A stretch of 64,000 bases of DNA from a virus: positions 2,682 to 66,681 of IMG/VR virus record IMGVR_UViG_3300018044_000002. One strand, 5' to 3'. This document shows, piece after piece, positions 9,260 to 17,861 of the stretch. Position 1 is the first letter of the stretch, and the number at the start of each line of letters is the position of its first letter. The position numbers and the translations under genes are program-made. The notes under the pieces were generated by a model. That model saw only the letters and a program-made list of their open reading frames with translations, did no database searches and had not been told where the DNA came from.

Positions 9260-9505
9260 CCGCAGGTATCTTCAGGGTGAAGCCTGGATGCTGATTGAGG
9301 AGTTCAGTCCTCGGCCTGCGCAGATTTTGAAGTCAGCAGCCCCCAGCCGCGCCCACGGCTGGAACCAGCATCCAGCCCGGAGCGCAGGTCTAGCTCAAGA
9401 CCTCAGACTCCCCGCTCTGAGCTGGGTGGCGGCTGCGACAAGGGGAGGGTCAGCGCAGGAGTAATGGTTCTGGCGAACCGTCCGCACCTGCGCTGGCGCT
9501 CTCTG
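9260..9505 (+). ncRNA. Candidate structured non-coding RNA(s)
   Basis: Three consecutive multi-stem elements in a ~470 bp gap; pairings include G-U pairs on the + strand. Confidence 0.4.
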
Positions 9506-9693
9506 ATAGGGCGAGTGGGAGAGAGAGAGAGACCAAACTTCAACCCTCGTTATGGATCTCTGCGACTGCGCGGTGTTTCACATGAGGAGTGTCTGCGCCG
9601 GGGATAGGCACCGTTGCGCCCCGACGACTACTATGACCAATTGCTCGCCAAGGGAAAAGCCGACTACGAAGCATTGTGAAAGGAAGACGACTA

Positions 9694-9933
9694 GTGGCCT
9701 ACAACAATCCAACCCCGGAGCAGTCGACCACGATGACCGCGGTAGAGCGCGAGCGGGAGGCTGGGAAGATACTAGCTCTGTTGCGCGAGGAGTCCGACCT
9801 CGACCGCAAGATCACTCGCGATGCTCGGCAGTTCCTCAATCGCATGTGGCAGGAGGAAGAGTTGTGGGGCAAGGTAGTCGTGTCGCCTGAGCAACTCTGG
9901 TGGCTTAGGGATTTGAAGTCAAAGTTTGATTAG
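9694..9933 (+). CDS. Hypothetical protein
   Basis: GTG after AAGGAAG; ends SPEQLWWLRDL. Confidence 0.6.
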   Translation: MAYNNPTPEQSTTMTAVEREREAGKILALLREESDLDRKITRDARQFLNRMWQEEELWGKVVVSPEQLWWLRDLKSKFD

Positions 9934-9948
9934 GAAAGGAGCAGGAAA

Positions 9949-10179
9949 ATGGAACAGTGGGAGAAGGATCTAGCAGCGGCTCTGGACAAATCTGCTACAA
10001 CCGACGGCATCAAGTCCAACGATAACGAGAAGGACGAGCTCGAAGAGGCCAATCGAGAATTAACCAGCGAGAACGAGAAGCTGACAGACCAGCTAGGCAA
10101 GGTAGCCGACATACTTGCCGCTCACGGAATCATCCACAACACTCCCAAGGCCAAGTCAGACTGGACGGCAGGACTGTAG
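9949..10179 (+). CDS. Hypothetical coiled-coil protein
   Basis: RBS AAGGAG; heptad-like segment. Confidence 0.65.
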   Translation: MEQWEKDLAAALDKSATTDGIKSNDNEKDELEEANRELTSENEKLTDQLGKVADILAAHGIIHNTPKAKSDWTAGL

Positions 10180-10187
10180 CCCATCCT

Positions 10188-10433
10188 ATGCCCCACAGTT
10201 ACTCCGTCCGCGAAGCAGTGAACGAGCAGGAGGTTTACTCGGCGCTTGTGGTGGCCACGACGGGTTACGGCAACCTGGTCAAGTTCGCGCGCCGGGCCGG
10301 GCTCTCGCCGGAGCATGTCCACGGGATGATGTTCGGGCAGCAGCGGGTGAGCGTGCGGGTCGGGCGGGCACTTGGGTTCGAGTTACGTTGGGTCAGGGTT
10401 GGGCAGGGAACAGGGACAGAAGAGGGAGAGTAG
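10188..10433 (+). CDS. Cro/XRE-like helix-turn-helix protein
   Basis: LVKFARRAGLSPEHVHGMMFG..VGRALG. Confidence 0.55.
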   Translation: MPHSYSVREAVNEQEVYSALVVATTGYGNLVKFARRAGLSPEHVHGMMFGQQRVSVRVGRALGFELRWVRVGQGTGTEEGE

Positions 10434-10434
10434 G

Positions 10435-12036
10435 ATGGCAATCAGGCAGGACGCAGCGGAGCAGCAGTACCAGGACAATCTACGAACGGTACGCGAGGCT
10501 GAGGCGGGAGGAGAGCCGATTGCCGCGCCGCCTTCCCCCGCCGCCGACTCCTTCGATGCCTTCCTCGACCAGCTCGAACTCTCGACCGGTCACTTTCAGC
10601 GCGGACAGGGGGTAGACGTAGCCGGGCTCGAAGAAGCAGCCGGTGCCGTCCCCGATGCCGCCCGAGGCCAGTTCTCTCTCGACGCTCCAACCCCCTGCGC
10701 GTTTGTGACCGGACGCGCAGGCACAGGAAAAACTTGGACCATGCGCGAACGTTGCTTAGCCGACCCGCAGTACGCTGCGCTGTCCTCGTCGACTGGGATC
10801 TCAGCTATAAACCTGAACACGGTCACGATCCACTCGCTGCTCGGCTTCTACGACACGGACTCGCTCAGGGATGCCTACCTGCATGGGTCAACGCAGCGCC
10901 GCCTGCGCAAGGTAGCCGAGGAAGGTTACCGCAACGTCGTGGTGGACGAGTGCTCGATGATCGGTCGCGAGACCTTGGACCTGCTGATCCGAGTCTTCGA
11001 CGATGTGAACCTGCACCGGGAGGAGAAGGGCGAGGGGCCGGTGGGGTTGATACTGCTAGGTGATTTTGGCCAGCTCCCTAGCATTGCCGACCGCCCGCAG
11101 GGTTATCGGCCTACTCCGGGCCGCCGCGGCAAATCCCTGCCAACACCGTGGTGTTTTGAAAGCCAGTTCTGGCCGCGGTTCGCCGAGAACGAAACTCGGC
11201 TGACGAAGGTGTGGCGGCAGGCTGACGCGAGGTTCCTCGCCGCACTGGACTTTGCTCGGGCTGGGCGGGGGCGCGACGCGCTGGACGTGCTTCGCTCGGC
11301 CGGGCTAGCCTTCGCCGACGGAGTGGATATGGTCTACCGCGGGACCACGGTGGTCGGCAAGAACGACGAGGTAGACCGGATCAACCAGCTTCGGTTAGAC
11401 CGGGAGAAGGGCAGGTTGATCTCGCTCCCGAGCCGACGCTGGGCAGTAGGCGGCAAGATTCGTCCTGAATGGAAGAACGTCCCCGAGCGGACCATCCTCC
11501 GCGAAGGCTGCTACGTGATGATCCTTGCCAACCAGTACGACGAAGGCAGGATGGTCTACGCGAACGGAGACTGCGGCTGGGTCCGGGGGATCGAGACGGC
11601 TCCGGGGTCGCCACCGAGCATCATGATCGAACTGGCGCGAACCGGCGAAAAGGTGGCCGTGCAGAGCCTCGTGCGCGACATATCCGCGATGGAGAAGCCG
11701 AGTTGGGTCGGAGGCGAGTGGCAGGATCAGGGGAAGGAGGCGGACGGCAGGTTCCTCGCCCAGCCGCACTACCGGAAGAGTAAGCAGAGGTACGTGGTCG
11801 GGCAGTTGGAGTATTACCCGCTGAGGTTGGCCTATGCGACAACTCTGCATAAAGCCCAAGGGCTGACCATGGACGCCTGCCAGGTGGATATTAGGAGCTG
11901 GATGATGAAGTCGCCCTCCATGATTTACACAGCCCTCTCCCGGTGCAGGACACTCGCCGGGTTACGTATTGTGGGAACTTCAGAGATGTTTGTTGACCGT
12001 TGTAGATGCGACCCGAAGGTGCAGAGATGGCTTTGA
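10435..12036 (+). CDS. Pif1/RecD-like SF1B DNA helicase
   Basis: GRAGTGKT, TIHSLLG, VVDECSM, GDFGQLP, WRQAD, PLRLAYATTLHKAQGLT, YTALSR. Confidence 0.92.
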   Translation: MAIRQDAAEQQYQDNLRTVREAEAGGEPIAAPPSPAADSFDAFLDQLELSTGHFQRGQGVDVAGLEEAAGAVPDAARGQFSLDAPTPCAFVTGRAGTGKTWTMRERCLADPQYAALSSSTGISAINLNTVTIHSLLGFYDTDSLRDAYLHGSTQRRLRKVAEEGYRNVVVDECSMIGRETLDLLIRVFDDVNLHREEKGEGPVGLILLGDFGQLPSIADRPQGYRPTPGRRGKSLPTPWCFESQFWPRFAENETRLTKVWRQADARFLAALDFARAGRGRDALDVLRSAGLAFADGVDMVYRGTTVVGKNDEVDRINQLRLDREKGRLISLPSRRWAVGGKIRPEWKNVPERTILREGCYVMILANQYDEGRMVYANGDCGWVRGIETAPGSPPSIMIELARTGEKVAVQSLVRDISAMEKPSWVGGEWQDQGKEADGRFLAQPHYRKSKQRYVVGQLEYYPLRLAYATTLHKAQGLTMDACQVDIRSWMMKSPSMIYTALSRCRTLAGLRIVGTSEMFVDRCRCDPKVQRWL

Positions 12037-12173
12037 TGAATTGGCCGTATATTGCTGGATTCTTTGATGGAGAGGGTAACATTCGGATAGTTGCCGAAAG
12101 CAACAGAATAAACCCTCAGATTTCCATGGTGCAGTCTCGTGAGCGTGCTCGACGAGAAGGAGTCATTGCGTGA
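12036..12173 (+). pseudogene. Truncated LAGLIDADG homing endonuclease remnant (45 aa)
   Basis: Translated by hand: MNWPYIAGFFDGEGNIRI...PQISMVQ; AT-rich, too short for a full domain. Confidence 0.7.
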
Positions 12174-15100
12174 TGACTTGCCGCACCAAGTCCTGCCCGA
12201 CCTGCCAGGCCTGTCCGCTGCTCTCCGCCGGGTCGGACTTCTCGCAGCCGGAGGGGACGGGGCGCACCAAGGTTCTAATTGTTGGTGAAGCGAATGGTGA
12301 GATGGAAGCGCGGGACCAGCTCCCCTTCCGGCCGTACGCCCCTAGCGGTGCGATCCTCACACGTACGATACGACGCCTCGGCATGGACCGCGAAGACTTT
12401 GCGATCTCGAACCTGTTAAGGTGCAGGCCTTACAACAACATTCTCGATGGTGCCTCCTACGAGTACGCGGCGGTTGCTGCTTGCGAGCCCAACCTGCTCG
12501 AAGTCCTGCGCCAGTACCGTCCAAAAGTCCTGCTCGCGATGGGTAACCTACCGCTGAAGCACCTGACCGGGTTGGCAGGGGAGAAGCGTGGCGTAGGTCA
12601 CCTGCGCGGATACGTCCTCCGAGCCCTGCCGCAGTTCGAGCAGGCCGCTGGCCGGGGCCACTACTCCGACCCCCTGCTCGTCGTCCCTACCTACCATCCA
12701 GCGTTCCTCCGCCACGGCGCGATCCACCTGACTGGTGTGCTGGCGCGGGACATTGCACGGGCGGTGAACGTGGCGGCCGAACGGGATCAGAAGTTCGTGC
12801 TGGACATGCCGGACCTGACCCTGAACAATGGTTCCTACAAGTACCATCCAGTCGACAACCCTGACCCATGGGACGCTGGTTATGCCGATTGGGAGCAACG
12901 ACGGAAGCAAGAGATACAGTCCGACCTTGCTGCATGGATGACCCGTAACAACCTCCGCTACCAGCTCCACCCGACCCGTCGCGACCTTGACCTGTTCTGC
13001 CGCGACGTCAAGGCTCGGTCGGACGCCTGGCTCGCGCTCTCACCCGACGTACAGGCAGCCAGCTATCTTTGTCTGTCGCACGACCTGGAGACGTTTGAGT
13101 CGGCCTCGCTGGACGAGGACGCGACCGACGGGTTCACTGACACTAGGATTCGCCTGAGCCAGTTCTCGATCGAGCCGAGCCAGGGGGTCGCGCTGCAGTG
13201 GGACCGGGACGGGATCGCGGCGACGAGGTGGCTGCTGAAGCTGCCACTGTCGAAGTGCGGGCAGAACTACACAACCTTCGACTACAAGGTTCTACAGGCC
13301 GTGGGTGAGCGCGACTTTGGCGACCGGGCCTATCTGACCCCTGCTGGGCAAGTTCACGACACCCTAAGCATGTTCCACAAGTTCCAGCCAGACCTGCCCG
13401 CGCATCTCCAGTACGCAGCCTCGTTCGCGGGGTGGATGTTTCCGTGGAAGCACCTGAACGAGAGTTGTTTGGAACTGTACGGAGTGATTGACACGGACGC
13501 GGCGCTGCGAGTTTACCAAACCGTCCGCAAGACCTTGGAAGATCGCAAAATGTGGTGGGATTCAGCCTACCCGTCGCGCCAAGCGGCTGGGTTCGTAGCA
13601 CAGGTCGAGCAATTCCGGCCGATTCTCGCGCGCATGGAGGAGAGAGGGTTTCCGGTTGACGACGAGCGGCGCCGGGGGCTGGACGTGGAATTTACAGCAG
13701 CCGAGAAAGAGGCGCGGGCGGAGTTGGACCGGAGGTTCCCCGACGAGGCCAGAAAGGTCAAGAGTTATAAGACGGTGCCGACGGAGGTTCGAGGGTTGCT
13801 AGAGCAGTGGCATCCACCTACGCTGCCTGCCGAGGATGCGACGAACGAGAAGGGGAAACCGCTAGGCAAGGGAGCGCGGGCGAAGCTGGAACGAGCGGCC
13901 AGAAAAGAGTGTTACGCGGCAGTTACGGTAGACGACTTGGTAAGGTTGCGGCAGCAGGTTTTCCAAGAAGCCTCGACCAAGGACGCCGACGGCGAGGAAG
14001 AGGAAGGCGAGCGGTACTACTACGGAATGCGATCGGTAGGTGAGATTGAAGGCCAGCCTACGCCGCCGGTCTGGTGCCGAGTCTACGAGTTCTCGCCTAA
14101 CTCGTCCAAGCAGCTTATCCGGTACATGGAAGCTCGACGGCACAAGATCCCTACCACCAAGTCAGGCGAGAGTACCACAGGCAAGAAGGAACTGGACCGG
14201 CTGGTTGCCAAGTATAAAGATGATTTCTACACAAAGGTGGTTGAATGCCGCGAGATTGGAAAAATGCGTGGGACTTACATTGACGGGTTCAGGCCGCACG
14301 CCGACGGCAGAGTACATACGACTTTTACGGATCAGACCGCCACCAGCCAGTTGGCCTGCTGCGCGTCATGGACCCCGGTGCGCGCGCAGCGAGGGATGGT
14401 AGAGATAAAAGATGTTCAAGTGGGAGATTTGGTGTGGACACACAAACATCGTTGGCGTCCTGTTTTGGCTACATGGGTACATCCCGCCGAGCCGATGGTT
14501 TCGGTACACTTTGTTAATGGGGAAGTTTTAACTTGCACAACTTCCCATAAAGTGTTACTGTCGTCGCATGTCCATATCAAAGGAGTGGTGCCGAAAGACG
14601 GAAAATGTGGAGAAGGTGCTTCTGCTTTATCGAAGTGTGGAATCACCCACGGCACAAACAATAGCCACAGTCCTAAAAACCCAAATCCACAACGTGATTT
14701 GGATTCTTGCTCACCAAATACCAACAGCCGAGTACAAGGTCTTGCAAGCCCTGCGAAGATCGCGCGCTCGGAGAGGGACGGGGAGCCCATGGTACGGAAA
14801 GAAAGGCTCTTTGCACCCTCGCTGGATTGGAGAGGTGAGCGATGGACGAGGATATTTGACTTGCTTGGTAAATGGGAAGCGGGAGTTTGTGCATCGAGTA
14901 GTGATGGCAGGAGCATTAGGAGTGGAGAGGATTCCAGAAGATCTGGACATACACCACATCGACGGAAATACTGCGAACAACAAGCTGGACAACCTAGCCA
15001 TCGTGACACGAGCTGGGCACAAGGCTATTCACTTACTTCAGCGGCAGGACTCGAAGATGTTGGCATTGCGGAAGTCAACTTTGTGGGAAGCCTTCCAGTC

Positions 15101-16054
15101 TATGACATCACAGTAGAAGAAGACGAAAGCTACGAATCCTGTGGGGTCTTTTCTCACAATTCCAGAAGTCCAAATATAACTAACGTTCCCAAGCACGGTC
15201 GTCTGGCCAAGCCGATCAGGAAAATGTTTCGGGACTCGGTTGGCGGGAAGCTGCTGGTCGAGTGGGACAAGAAGAGTTACCACATCATGACAACTGGCTG
15301 GTGCGCACGCGACAAGCAGTATATGAGAATGGGCAGGCTGGACATGCACTCGTTCGTGACTTGGCATTTTCTAAAGCTGCCCAAAGCCGACCAGTTGTTC
15401 GATCTGCCTGACGAGGAGTTGCGCGCTCAGTTGAAGTGGCTGAAGAGTGATGAGAAGCGCAGACATGTTAGGGATTTTCAGGTTAAACGTGCAGTTCTGG
15501 GCATAGGTTTCGCCATGGGAGTCAACAAGCTCTACGACATGAACCGCGAATATTTCGATTCGCTCGCGCAGGCCAAGAAGCTGAAGGACATGCTAAAAGA
15601 CCTGTTCCCCAAGGTCTTTCGCTGGCAGGACCAGATCAAGGAACAAGCTCACCGGCAGGGCTACCTGATGAACGACTTTGGCGCGATCCGGTGGTTCTAC
15701 GAGGTGATTGCGCCGGACGGCCGGGGCGGGTGGAAGCCGGGGGACCAAGCGGAGGAGGCAGTGGCGTTCCTGCCGGCCAGCCTGGCGTTCGGCGATATGC
15801 GTGAGTTGATGAAGGAAGTAGCGCGGCGGGGACTGGACGAGAAGTGGGAGCAGGTTAATACGGTACACGATTCGCTGGTCTACCTGGTCGAGCCGGGAAG
15901 GTTGGAGGAACATTGCCGGGAGATGCACCCGGTACTGGCCGCGCCGAGCAAGGTCTTGGTGGACCCAGAGCTGGCACCAGGTGGGCTGGTGATTGACGTT
16001 GAGCCGAACGCTGGGGAAGATTGGAGCGAAATGAAGGAGGTATTGTTTGCATGA
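12173..16054 (+). CDS. Family A DNA polymerase with N-terminal family-4 UDG-like domain, 3'-5' exonuclease and intein
   Basis: UDG: CxxCxL, IVGEANG, SNLLRCRP, PTYHPAF; Exo I/II/III: HDLET, QNYTTFD, YGVID; polymerase: GRVHTTF, PNITNVP, VHDSL. Confidence 0.9.
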   Translation: MTCRTKSCPTCQACPLLSAGSDFSQPEGTGRTKVLIVGEANGEMEARDQLPFRPYAPSGAILTRTIRRLGMDREDFAISNLLRCRPYNNILDGASYEYAAVAACEPNLLEVLRQYRPKVLLAMGNLPLKHLTGLAGEKRGVGHLRGYVLRALPQFEQAAGRGHYSDPLLVVPTYHPAFLRHGAIHLTGVLARDIARAVNVAAERDQKFVLDMPDLTLNNGSYKYHPVDNPDPWDAGYADWEQRRKQEIQSDLAAWMTRNNLRYQLHPTRRDLDLFCRDVKARSDAWLALSPDVQAASYLCLSHDLETFESASLDEDATDGFTDTRIRLSQFSIEPSQGVALQWDRDGIAATRWLLKLPLSKCGQNYTTFDYKVLQAVGERDFGDRAYLTPAGQVHDTLSMFHKFQPDLPAHLQYAASFAGWMFPWKHLNESCLELYGVIDTDAALRVYQTVRKTLEDRKMWWDSAYPSRQAAGFVAQVEQFRPILARMEERGFPVDDERRRGLDVEFTAAEKEARAELDRRFPDEARKVKSYKTVPTEVRGLLEQWHPPTLPAEDATNEKGKPLGKGARAKLERAARKECYAAVTVDDLVRLRQQVFQEASTKDADGEEEEGERYYYGMRSVGEIEGQPTPPVWCRVYEFSPNSSKQLIRYMEARRHKIPTTKSGESTTGKKELDRLVAKYKDDFYTKVVECREIGKMRGTYIDGFRPHADGRVHTTFTDQTATSQLACCASWTPVRAQRGMVEIKDVQVGDLVWTHKHRWRPVLATWVHPAEPMVSVHFVNGEVLTCTTSHKVLLSSHVHIKGVVPKDGKCGEGASALSKCGITHGTNNSHSPKNPNPQRDLDSCSPNTNSRVQGLASPAKIARSERDGEPMVRKERLFAPSLDWRGERWTRIFDLLGKWEAGVCASSSDGRSIRSGEDSRRSGHTPHRRKYCEQQAGQPSHRDTSWAQGYSLTSAAGLEDVGIAEVNFVGSLPVYDITVEEDESYESCGVFSHNSRSPNITNVPKHGRLAKPIRKMFRDSVGGKLLVEWDKKSYHIMTTGWCARDKQYMRMGRLDMHSFVTWHFLKLPKADQLFDLPDEELRAQLKWLKSDEKRRHVRDFQVKRAVLGIGFAMGVNKLYDMNREYFDSLAQAKKLKDMLKDLFPKVFRWQDQIKEQAHRQGYLMNDFGAIRWFYEVIAPDGRGGWKPGDQAEEAVAFLPASLAFGDMRELMKEVARRGLDEKWEQVNTVHDSLVYLVEPGRLEEHCREMHPVLAAPSKVLVDPELAPGGLVIDVEPNAGEDWSEMKEVLFA
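14533..14561 (+). promoter_or_regulatory. Internal promoter within intein block B
   Basis: TTGCAC-17-TACTGT with extended TG; ATG 14568 lies 6 nt downstream. Confidence 0.6.
14568..15116 (+). CDS. HNH homing endonuclease nested in the +1 frame inside the intein
   Basis: HPRW..DGRGY..FVHRVVM...DIHHIDGNTANNKLDNL..VTRAGHKAIH. Confidence 0.88.
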   Translation: MSISKEWCRKTENVEKVLLLYRSVESPTAQTIATVLKTQIHNVIWILAHQIPTAEYKVLQALRRSRARRGTGSPWYGKKGSLHPRWIGEVSDGRGYLTCLVNGKREFVHRVVMAGALGVERIPEDLDIHHIDGNTANNKLDNLAIVTRAGHKAIHLLQRQDSKMLALRKSTLWEAFQSMTSQ

Positions 16055-16788
16055 TCCTAGTACCTATAGCTGCGCGATTCTGGTCTAAGGTCAAGATCAT
16101 TTTCAGTGGGGACGCCTGCTGGGAATGGCAAGCTAGGTTAAACGAGGATGGTTATGGGATATTCGGCGTGTCGCACTTTGTTGGGTTGGAAAAACGAGGC
16201 AAGTACGAACTCGCTCACCGAATGGCTTATAGACTTTTACATTGTACGTCCATTGCCGCTGCTCAGCGCGTATTGCACACTTGCGACAACCCTAAGTGTG
16301 TCCGTCCTCAACATCTCTGGCTTGGAACTCAGCGGGAGAATGTTGAGGACGCTGCTAAAAAAGGGAGAATGCGCGCGCCAAGAGGCATGTATTGTTCATT
16401 GGCCAAGCTTACTGACGCTAATGTTTATGCGATCAAGAAACGTTTGGCCGCCGGAGAAGGTCAATCTGCGATCGCTCGCGGCTATGAAGTATCGCCGGCC
16501 ACAATCAATGAAATATACTCAGGCCGGACATGGAGACATATTATAGCCGAATTGCCATTCCCGCCAGCCAAGCTTGGTCGGCCCGGTCCTTGGACTCCAG
16601 AAAAGGAGGCCTATATTTGTGAGTACGCCGGGAAGTTGCCGACCAAAGAGATGGCACGTGTATTGAACGTTGGATGCAATGCGTTGAGAAACAAGGCAAC
16701 GTATATGGGAATTAGTGTAAGAGTTGTTAGTAAGGTTATGGATAGGGGTCGATTGCAGTGTGGGGAGGAATTGGTCCGAGATGCGTGA
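16051..16788 (+). CDS. Free-standing HNH homing endonuclease with C-terminal HTH
   Basis: RFWSKV, CWEW, AHRMAY, VLHTCDNPKCVRPQHL..GTQRENV; ATGA overlap with the polymerase stop. Confidence 0.9.
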   Translation: MILVPIAARFWSKVKIIFSGDACWEWQARLNEDGYGIFGVSHFVGLEKRGKYELAHRMAYRLLHCTSIAAAQRVLHTCDNPKCVRPQHLWLGTQRENVEDAAKKGRMRAPRGMYCSLAKLTDANVYAIKKRLAAGEGQSAIARGYEVSPATINEIYSGRTWRHIIAELPFPPAKLGRPGPWTPEKEAYICEYAGKLPTKEMARVLNVGCNALRNKATYMGISVRVVSKVMDRGRLQCGEELVRDA

Positions 16789-16813
16789 GGTCGACCTGAT
16801 CAGGAAATAATAC

Positions 16814-16842
16814 TTGACACGCATCGCGTAACGCGCTAGAGT
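16814..16842 (+). promoter_or_regulatory. Promoter with palindromic spacer, leaderless configuration
   Basis: TTGACA-17-TAGAGT; CGCGT-A-ACGCG in the spacer; ATG 7 nt downstream. Confidence 0.7.
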
Positions 16843-16849
16843 GATTGTC

Positions 16850-16963
16850 ATGTCAACGAGTAAGTGCAAATCCTGCGGCAAGAAGTTCGATCGGCGTACG
16901 ACCTGGCAGCGGTTCTGCTCGAACGCGTGCAGGCAGCGGAACAAGCGGAGGAAGGAGCGGTGA
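16850..16963 (+). CDS. Small C4 zinc-finger protein (37 aa, not in the ORF track)
   Basis: Translated by hand: MSTSKCKSCGKKFDRRTTWQRFCSNACRQRNKRRKER. Confidence 0.7.
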   Translation: MSTSKCKSCGKKFDRRTTWQRFCSNACRQRNKRRKER

Positions 16964-17083
16964 TGAGCGAACTGAGCAACGGAAAGCCATTGTCGGACGC
17001 ACATGTTTCTAGCATGGTAGTGAATGTGGACAGGAAGAGCCGACCGGACGAGGGATACACGAATATTTTCGTTGAGGTGCTTG

Positions 17084-17350
17084 ATGCCTAGACAAATCTT
17101 TCCAGAATCCAGCATCACATTCCTCACCGCGCAGCAGTTGCAGGCCGAGCGCAACGCGGCCCACGAGGAAGCGCACCCGTCCCCGGTATGCCTGTGCCAC
17201 GACGGAGTAATCGACGGCGTGGCGGTACACTTCACCAATGCCGGCTGTCAGTTGCACGCGGAGTACCGAGACAGCCGTTACATCGCCGTGCTTGCGGGTG
17301 CGCGGCGGATCATGGGCGCTACACACCATGGATCAAGGAGCAATGAATAA
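17084..17350 (+). CDS. Hypothetical protein
   Basis: RBS GAGG before ATG 17084; coupled to the next ORF. Confidence 0.5.
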   Translation: MPRQIFPESSITFLTAQQLQAERNAAHEEAHPSPVCLCHDGVIDGVAVHFTNAGCQLHAEYRDSRYIAVLAGARRIMGATHHGSRSNE

Positions 17351-17538
17351 TGGCTGATATAAAGCAGGCTGCGAAATGGATGCAGGAAGGTCACACGGTA
17401 AAACGTGAGTCAACGGATCGTTTCTGGGTTAGCCCGTGGGAGCCCAGAAGGATCAGTTACGATGTATGTTGCGCAGATGGTGGCGAGCATATTCTCGACT
17501 TATTTGACCTGCAAGCTGAAGATTGGATCATCGCATGA
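17350..17538 (+). CDS. DUF2829-like (Tad2-like) small protein
   Basis: IKQAAKWMQEGHTVKR ... DLQAEDWII. Confidence 0.55.
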   Translation: MADIKQAAKWMQEGHTVKRESTDRFWVSPWEPRRISYDVCCADGGEHILDLFDLQAEDWIIA

Positions 17539-17798
17539 TCCTCCTCCTAGCCATCCCCCTAATCATCCTGGCAGCTCTCTGGGACCACCTGTGGCGCAAG
17601 CGGCACCCTAAGACTGCTACGGCGAGCGAATGGCGCGAAGGAATGGCGCGGCTCGATAGCCAAATGCCTCTTCCTGCTCCCCGCTTCCGGTCCCGGTACT
17701 GCGCGAAGGGTGCGCCCGGAGTTAGCTTCCCCGAGCCAAAGCCGAAGTCGTGCAATATCGCACCCAAGATCGCCGTGATCGGAAAGAAGAAAGCGTAG
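17535..17798 (+). CDS. Small membrane-anchored protein
   Basis: N-terminal hydrophobic helix followed by basic residues. Confidence 0.55.
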   Translation: MILLLAIPLIILAALWDHLWRKRHPKTATASEWREGMARLDSQMPLPAPRFRSRYCAKGAPGVSFPEPKPKSCNIAPKIAVIGKKKA

Positions 17799-17801
17799 AC
17801 A

Positions 17802-17833
17802 CCACAGGCCCCGCCAATCGACGGAGCCTGTGG
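17802..17833. terminator. Hairpin at the convergence of the two genome arms
   Basis: CCACAGGC...GCCTGTGG between convergent stop codons; no clear U-tract. Confidence 0.5.
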
Positions 17834-17861
17834 GTGCTCTGGCTTGCGGCGACCTCCTTTC

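Larger units (their letters stand above)
14357..15160 (+). mobile_element. Intein (268 aa) in the DNA polymerase
   Basis: Block A CCASWTPV, block B LTCTTSHKV, blocks F/G VYDITVEEDESY..GVFSHN followed by Ser; removal restores TATSQLA-SRSPNITNVP. Confidence 0.92.

Noticed and set aside
9261-9322. tRNA or hammerhead ribozyme
   Set aside because: Too short, with no D or anticodon arm; CTGATTGA is not followed by the GAAA core. Kept only as an unclassified structure.
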